This document shows, piece after piece, positions 17,654 to 22,985 of a DNA stretch of 22,985 bases. Within the stretch, counting starts at the first letter, position 1. Every line of letters starts with the position of its first letter. Made by a program: the position numbers and the translations under genes. The notes under the pieces are model-generated. The model made no database searches, was not told the DNA's origin, and saw only the letters and a program-made list of their open reading frames with translations. Source of the stretch: Thermodesulfovibrionales bacterium (lineage in GTDB: Bacteria; Nitrospirota; Thermodesulfovibrionia; Thermodesulfovibrionales; SM23-35); the NCBI GenBank assembly GCA_963715195.1, contig CAVQRT010000001.1:1-22985 (forward strand), written 5' to 3'.

Positions 17654-17671
17654 ATGCAACCCGTGTGCCAG
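17654..17671 (-). promoter_or_regulatory. Sigma-54 (-24/-12) promoter of PEP-CTERM gene 1
   Basis: Minus strand CTGGCACACGGGTTGCAT matches TGGCAC-N5-TTGC. Confidence 0.9.
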
Positions 17672-17728
17672 TTTTTAACATATTGATTTTTAAGGATATT
17701 TTTTAGAGGGGTCTTGAGAGGGGGCAAA

Positions 17729-17772
17729 AGTGTAAAGTTTTCCGACACTTTTTTTATGGAAAACTTTACACT
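17729..17772. promoter_or_regulatory. Upstream activator (enhancer) sites, TGT-N11-ACA type
   Basis: AGTGTAAAGTTTTCC (17729-43) and GGAAAACTTTACACT (17758-72) form a perfect 15-bp inverted repeat; the first site reads TGT-AAAGTTTTCCG-ACA. Confidence 0.75.
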
Positions 17773-17811
17773 CGACATGAAAAAGCAACAGTTTTTGAGG
17801 GGGGGAAAAAC

Positions 17812-18050
17812 GACCGCTACGCTCGAGGAGCACTTCGTTTGAGGACCGCTTCGCTTGAGGACCGCTCTGCTTGAGGCACAAGGTTGGAGGCTGGAGGCCA
17901 GAGGATCACTTCGTTTGAGGCCTGCTACTTGCTGATGCTACACGCTTACTAACGCTAACCGCTACATGCTAATCGCTATGATTTTAAAGCAAATTCTAAA
18001 TCCCAAGCTCTAAATTCTAAACAAATCCCAAATTTTAAATTCCAAACAAT
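17812..18050. repeat. Three adjacent blocks of degenerate short tandem repeats
   Basis: About 16-bp GACCGCTTCGCTTGAG-like units; about 7-bp CGCTAAC/CGCTACA units; about 7-bp AAATTCT/AAATCCC units. Confidence 0.7.
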
Positions 18051-18167
18051 AAATCAAAAAGCTCAATAATGCGCAACAAGAAGGATTCCGAACAAGTCAG
18101 AATGACAGCCCGGGAGAAATTAACATTAAATATTGAAAATTAGTACACAATGTGTGATAATTCTTGT

Positions 18168-18551
18168 ATGAGCGTGATTACCAAGACAATCGGAAAAAGG
18201 AAATATTCTTACCTTGCCATCAGAGAGGGTAAAAAAGTGGTTCATAAATACCTTGGCTCTTTTGATGACCCCAAAGTATCCAAAATAGCATTAATGGAGA
18301 AAGAGACGTCAACTGTCCCCATTCGCTTTAGTTCTCTGTTCTGGGATACAAGTCTGAGTAATGTGCACCTTAAGAGAAATGCCCGGTATATCATCGAACG
18401 TATTCTTGAATTCGGAGACATTGATGCGCTGGAATGGCTGCAGAGGATCTATCCTGTTAAGACAATCATTCATGTATTGTATTTAAACAAAGTCCTTTCG
18501 GAAAGATCGCGTAATTTCTGGACAATATGGTTTGGAGTAGGAGATGCATAG
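18168..18551 (+). CDS. DUF6922-like putative antitoxin with a basic N-terminal extension
   Basis: SLFWDTSLSNVHLKRNARYIIERILEFGDIDALEWL...LSERSRNFW; overlaps the AbiEii start. Confidence 0.75.
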   Translation: MSVITKTIGKRKYSYLAIREGKKVVHKYLGSFDDPKVSKIALMEKETSTVPIRFSSLFWDTSLSNVHLKRNARYIIERILEFGDIDALEWLQRIYPVKTIIHVLYLNKVLSERSRNFWTIWFGVGDA

Positions 18552-19206
18552 GGAATGTTTTCCTGAACAGGGCTGGCTTGTCCTAAAAAGCCTTAAGGAT
18601 TTGTTTTTAAAGCATAAAGCAGTTTTAGCCGGAGGAACTGCATGTGCCCTTCATTTGGGGCACAGGATATCAATGGATCTGGATTTCTTTACCGGTATGG
18701 ATTTTCACATCGAGTACGTTATTGCAGAGATAAGAAGGGCAGAACATCCTTTCCAAGTTGTTTCAGAAGGAGAAGGCTATCTGATTGTAACTATCGAAGG
18801 TATAAAGGTTTCTCTCTTTAAATACGAATATCCCTTCCTGGAAACCCCAGTCGTCTACGAGGCTATTCCGGTAGCCGGTTTGCTCGATATCGCTTCGATG
18901 AAGATTATCGCCATCAGCCAAAGGGGAACGAAAAGGGATTTTGTAGACCTTTATTTCATCATGCAGGAGATCCCCTTTCACAGGATTGCCAATCATATGG
19001 TGAAGCGCTTTGGAAAAGGGAGAGTACATCCTGTCCACGTAGGTAAATCGCTCGTATATTTTTCAGATGCTGATTCAAATCCAGAGCCTGAATATGTTAG
19101 CGGCCGGGGTGAGAGCTGGGAAAAGATCAAGTTTTTTTTCAGGAGCCATGTGAAGCAGTTCGTCCTTGACCTTGATAGTGCGGTGAAGGCAAACTCTAAA
19201 TCCTAA
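18544..19206 (+). CDS. AbiEii/AbiGii-family nucleotidyltransferase toxin (type IV TA)
   Basis: LAGGTACALHLGHRISMDLDFF, DIASMKIIAISQRGTKRDFVDLYFI, KSLVYFSDA. Confidence 0.92.
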   Translation: MHRECFPEQGWLVLKSLKDLFLKHKAVLAGGTACALHLGHRISMDLDFFTGMDFHIEYVIAEIRRAEHPFQVVSEGEGYLIVTIEGIKVSLFKYEYPFLETPVVYEAIPVAGLLDIASMKIIAISQRGTKRDFVDLYFIMQEIPFHRIANHMVKRFGKGRVHPVHVGKSLVYFSDADSNPEPEYVSGRGESWEKIKFFFRSHVKQFVLDLDSAVKANSKS

Positions 19207-19251
19207 ACAAATTCTAATCGCTACTCGCTAATCGCTAACGCTGGCTACCAC

Positions 19252-19880
19252 TTACTTCTTGAGATTGCTCCTTCTGAAAAAAGCAAGGCCTGCAAGGCCG
19301 GAACCGAGCAGGAAAAGCGTTGCCGGTTCTGGGATGGATTCAGTTTGGAAGCTCAGGGCAATTTTACTTACAGAGTAACGACAATCAGGATCAAGAGCGT
19401 AACCGATAAGGCCATCTCTTAATCCAGTCATTGTAAAGCAGGAGTTCAGATGCATTGAAATCAAGTAAACTATCCAGGATTGATCCATTTCGTGCACTTT
19501 TTTCGTTGTTTACTTCACGCTCGTTAGTATCTTCGTACGTGAAGAGCAGTATGCCCTGATTGTGAAAAAAGTCGTGTCACCGGGGCCATCATTGTATCTT
19601 TCTAACTCCAAGGGGAGCAGTTGTCGAGTAAATGGATATAAGAATATTCAGTTTCAATTTTCCAGTTGTTTATGTCTGATAGGGTAAACGTTGCCTCGGT
19701 AATAGTCTCGTCTGAACCAAGGACCTGGAGTAATACCCCATGTGTATGCATAACCATGGTTCAGATTCAATATTATTCGGATTGAGACTAAATTCATAAC
19801 TGACTGCATAAGCATCTTTTCCTACCGAACAGGCAAATGATTGCGAGTGCTGCACAGAGGATGATGAATGATCGTTTCAT
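19252..19880 (-). CDS. PEP-CTERM sorting domain protein 2, multiply frameshifted (pseudogene or sequencing errors)
   Basis: SD AAGGAG, ATG 19880 MKRSFIILCAALAIICLFG; fragments HGYAYTWGI, DINNWKIE, LYIHLLDN-like, ALDPDCRY; C-terminus IPEPATLFLLGSGLAGLAFFRRSNLKK. Confidence 0.85.
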
Positions 19881-19917
19881 GATGGTATTCTCCTTAATAA
19901 ATTATTAAATTTTCTAA

Positions 19918-19933
19918 AGCAAGATTTATACCA
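19918..19933 (-). promoter_or_regulatory. Sigma-54 promoter of PEP-CTERM gene 2
   Basis: Minus strand TGGTATAAATCTTGCT (GG-N10-GC), 37 bp upstream of the ATG. Confidence 0.75.
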
Positions 19934-20124
19934 TGAAATTGTTTTTCTGGTCAGTGATAAAACATGTAAACCAGACAATACAGACTGGTTCAGGAATGAA
20001 TATTTTTTAAGTTATTAATTTAAAAGGGAATTATTTAAAAAGAGTAAACCGGACAGTGTATCTGAAAAATATATCTGAGCTGGCAACCACCTTTAATTGA
20101 AAGGACTGCTAGGCATCAAAAATC

Positions 20125-20147
20125 CAAAAGTGTAAAGTTTTTTTACA
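20125..20147. promoter_or_regulatory. TGT-N11-ACA enhancer site shared with PEP-CTERM gene 1
   Basis: CAAAAGTGTAAAGTTTTTTTACA; the first 17 nt are identical to 17725-17741. Confidence 0.7.
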
Positions 20148-20264
20148 TAAATCTATAGTTTTAATATTTTAATACTAAAGTTTCATTATTTGACTATCTT
20201 AACAAAAAAATTTTATTCTAATTAGTCTCATTATATTTGTATCGAATGGAAACAAAAAAATGTC

Positions 20265-20292
20265 TTGATTTTTATTTTTTTTAAGCTATTAT
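20265..20292 (+). promoter_or_regulatory. Possible sigma-70 promoter for the two-component operon
   Basis: TTGATT -16 bp- TATTAT at the end of an AT-rich tract. Confidence 0.4.
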
Positions 20293-20484
20293 TAATATAT
20301 GTCCCTGGCGCTGTAACCATACAGATCAGCTAATCGAAACTCTTATTACGCCGCGGTTCCGCCGGGGTTATTTAAAACGGGAGGGATATTCAGGGGATTA
20401 CATTGTGGCAGGCGGGGGAGTGTCTTTAGGGGAATGATTCTTCAGAAAGACTTTTTCTAGCAGTAACTTCCGCTATTTCATGAA

Positions 20485-21493
20485 ATGAAAAACAAACAAT
20501 ACTCATATTATTTCTGCGTAGACAAAAATATGTGTGTCAGTTCCTGGGGAAAAGATGCAGAGCATTTTACCGGGAAGACTTCATCATCAGCCCTCAGGAA
20601 AAAGTATTATGAGGTATTTCCGCGGCTGCGGATGAACGGGCAGGATGTTGTGCAAAAGAGCCTTCGGCATAACAAGACATCGATGCTCAATGGTTATACG
20701 TTTAACTGTCTGTACGGTCAGAGCACGTCGGATATCAGGATAGACCCGCTCAGGGATATTGCGGGGAACGTTGTCGGAGCGAAAGTGGCGGTCTACGAAC
20801 CATCCGGAATGCCCTGGAGTTCGGGCACTTGAAGACTCGCGACACTTCATAAACATTGGAAAGCAGGCTACGATCTTTGCGCACAGAATCAGAAATCCCC
20901 TGAATGCCATAAAAGGTGCTGTTGTATACCTGAGGGAAAAGTATCAAAAGGATGAGACATTGCGGGAATTCACCAATATCATGGAAGATGAGATTGGAAA
21001 GCTCAACAACTCCATCTCGAAATTCCTCGGTGCTTCGCTGTCGGACATGGAACCGGCAGAGACCGATATGAATCTGATCCTGAAAAAGATAGAAATTATC
21101 ACTTCCCTTCAGGCGAACAGCCATAAAATAAAATCGAGCTACGAATATGGGAAGATTCCGCCCGTCAAGATAGATTCCTTTCAGTTTGAACAGGCAATTC
21201 TGAATGTCATCAATAATTCCCTTGAAGCTATGAGGGAAGGAGGGAATCTGAACGTGAGGTCAGGAGGGATCAAACGGCTCGGCAAGAAATGGGCCATGAT
21301 CGAGATTTCGGACACCGGCGGCGGAATTAATAACAGTAAAAAAAGTGATTCCCCGGCGGGGTCTTTTCATGAGGGAAGGGGGTTTGGATTGTTTATTACC
21401 CATGAAGTTCTCAAGTCCGTCAGAGGGGATATGGAAATAAAGAGTAAAAGAGGTTCCGGGACAACAGTGAAAATGTATTTGCCAGGGGCGTAG
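20485..21493 (+). CDS. Cytoplasmic PAS-domain sensor histidine kinase (1 apparent frameshift near 20790)
   Basis: PAS-like FCVDKNMCVSSWGKDAEHFTG...PLRDIAGNVVG; H-box FAHRIRNPLNAIKG; N-box FEQAILNVINNSLEAM; G1 ISDTGGGI; G2 GRGFGL; GTTV. Confidence 0.88.
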
Positions 21494-21494
21494 C

Positions 21495-22853
21495 ATGAGA
21501 ATGCCGGATACGAAGGGTAATGTACTGATCGTTGACGACGAACCGAATGCCGTCAGGGTTCTCTCAGCGATACTGGGAAATCAGGGTTATTCCATTCTTG
21601 AATCTCATGATGCTACCAGTGCAGTCAATGTGCTCGGGCACAACGAGGTAGATGCAGTCATAACGGACATCAGGATGCCCGGGGACGACGGCCTGTATTT
21701 ATATGATTACATTTCCGAAAAATATCCTCAGATTCCTGTAATCTTTTTAACGGCCTACGGCACTGTTGACTCGGCCGTCCATGCGATACTCGACGGAGCG
21801 TTTTACTATTTCATCAAGCCGCCGGATTATGAGAAGCTCAAAAGCATACTCGCACGGGCGGTGGAACAGAGCTGTCTGAAAAGAGAGCTTGAATACCTCA
21901 GAAAAAAACTGCCCGCTGAAAGTCATCGGACCCAAATATCTGGTTCCACACCCGAAATGCTCAGGATATTCCAGACGATTGAGGCAGTCAGAGATTCTGA
22001 GAGCAGCACGCTCATCTGTGGTGAAACCGGTACAGGAAAGGAGCTCATTGCAAAGACATTGCATTACAGCAGCATCAGATCTGACAGACCATTCGTCCCG
22101 GTAAACTGTGCTGCGATCCCTCGAGAACTGATGGAATCGGAACTCTTCGGGTATGAGAAAGGTGCGTTTACCGGGGCGCTGTCGAGAAGAGTGGGCAGGT
22201 TTGAAGAGGTGGCCGGAGGGACAATTTTCCTGGATGAGATCGGAGAGATGGAGCTTTCACTCCAGTCGAAACTCCTTCGGGTGCTTGAAGAGAGAGAAAT
22301 GGAACGGCTCGGGAGCAATAAAAAAATAAAAGTTGATTTCAGGCTCCTGTCTTCAACCAACCGCGACCTGCGCGAAGAAGTCCGGAACGGACATTTCAGA
22401 GAAGATCTCTATTACAGGATCAACGTAGTACAGATTACCGTGCCGCCCTTGAGAGAGCGGAAGGATGATATCCCGCTTCTTATCTCGGAATTCATGCGGG
22501 AATTCTGTGCCCGGGAAAATAAAGTGCTTGAGATATCCGATGAGGCGATGAAAATGCTGATGAGTTACCACTGGCCTGGCAATATCAGGCAGCTCAAGAA
22601 TGTGATAGAACGGGCGGTTGTCCTCGCCAAGAAAGGAAATATCAGTATCAGGGATCTTCCCGAAGAGTTCGGACATCGCAGAAGGCAGCAAAGCCGGAGC
22701 GAGAAAATAACGAGCCTGAAGGAATTCGAGATACTGCATATTGCCAATGTCCTGAAGGAATGTCAGGGGAATAAATCGAGAGCAGCAAAAATGCTTGGCA
22801 TATCACGGAAAGCCCTCTATAAGAGATTCAAGGAATTTCCCATTCTGATGTAA
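21495..22853 (+). CDS. NtrC/AtoC-family sigma-54-dependent response regulator (REC-AAA+-HTH)
   Basis: VLIVDDE, ITDIRMPG, GETGTGKE, ESELFGYEKGAFTGA, FLDEIGE, FREDLYYRINVV, WPGNIRQL, GNKSRAAKMLGISRKALY. Confidence 0.96.
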   Translation: MRMPDTKGNVLIVDDEPNAVRVLSAILGNQGYSILESHDATSAVNVLGHNEVDAVITDIRMPGDDGLYLYDYISEKYPQIPVIFLTAYGTVDSAVHAILDGAFYYFIKPPDYEKLKSILARAVEQSCLKRELEYLRKKLPAESHRTQISGSTPEMLRIFQTIEAVRDSESSTLICGETGTGKELIAKTLHYSSIRSDRPFVPVNCAAIPRELMESELFGYEKGAFTGALSRRVGRFEEVAGGTIFLDEIGEMELSLQSKLLRVLEEREMERLGSNKKIKVDFRLLSSTNRDLREEVRNGHFREDLYYRINVVQITVPPLRERKDDIPLLISEFMREFCARENKVLEISDEAMKMLMSYHWPGNIRQLKNVIERAVVLAKKGNISIRDLPEEFGHRRRQQSRSEKITSLKEFEILHIANVLKECQGNKSRAAKMLGISRKALYKRFKEFPILM

Positions 22854-22985
22854 TCGGTTTTCAACAGAGATCATCAGGGTCTTCTTTAGGAGTTACAGAG
22901 GCGATCCGGCGTGAATAGTACTGACGGTTATCGCGTACTCGGTTGTCCCCATATATTCGCTACAAAATCCGCGGCAGCAAAAAAA

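Noticed and set aside
17812..17925. Possible CRISPR array (repeated CTTCG(T/C)TTGAGG)
   Set aside because: Units are about 16 bp, degenerate and adjacent, with no unique 30-40 bp spacers; no cas genes in the window.
20303..20370. tRNA or c-di-GMP riboswitch
   Set aside because: No cloverleaf or CCA end and no recognisable GEMM consensus; kept only as an unassigned structure.
21495..22853. Naming the pair prsK/prsR
   Set aside because: The kinase lacks PrsK's membrane and GAF architecture; orthology cannot be established without HMMs.
22854..22985. 3' end of a convergent gene
   Set aside because: Short open minus-strand frames exist but nothing is recognisable.

Overview
AT-rich (visually about 40-45% GC) bacterial accessory region. 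Gene content and repeat style suggest an anaerobic Gram-negative such as Nitrospirota or Desulfobacterota (inference only). Many genes are broken by single-base indels, most simply explained as uncorrected long-read errors. In order: a thermitase-like S8 protease (partial); a TolC-SPOR / HlyD / ABC-ATPase export operon whose permease lies about 7.5 kb away; two FeeM/ExoAT-type N-acyl amino acid synthases, a ThiF adenylyltransferase and an Acg/TyzC-like nitroreductase; a stand-alone GAF protein and an MBL hydrolase; two toxin-antitoxin modules; the permease, a B12-dependent radical SAM enzyme and a SAM methyltransferase; two PEP-CTERM genes with sigma-54 promoters and shared TGT-N11-ACA sites, separated by a third TA module; and a divergent PAS kinase plus NtrC-type activator. 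The main candidate system is a split oxzAB/tyzACB-like acyl-oxazolone pathway, expanded with a second acyltransferase, possible tailoring enzymes and a lipid-type exporter, within a PEP-CTERM locus. Intergenic DNA is dense in nested palindromic repeats. All family calls come from motif recognition by eye, not database searches.
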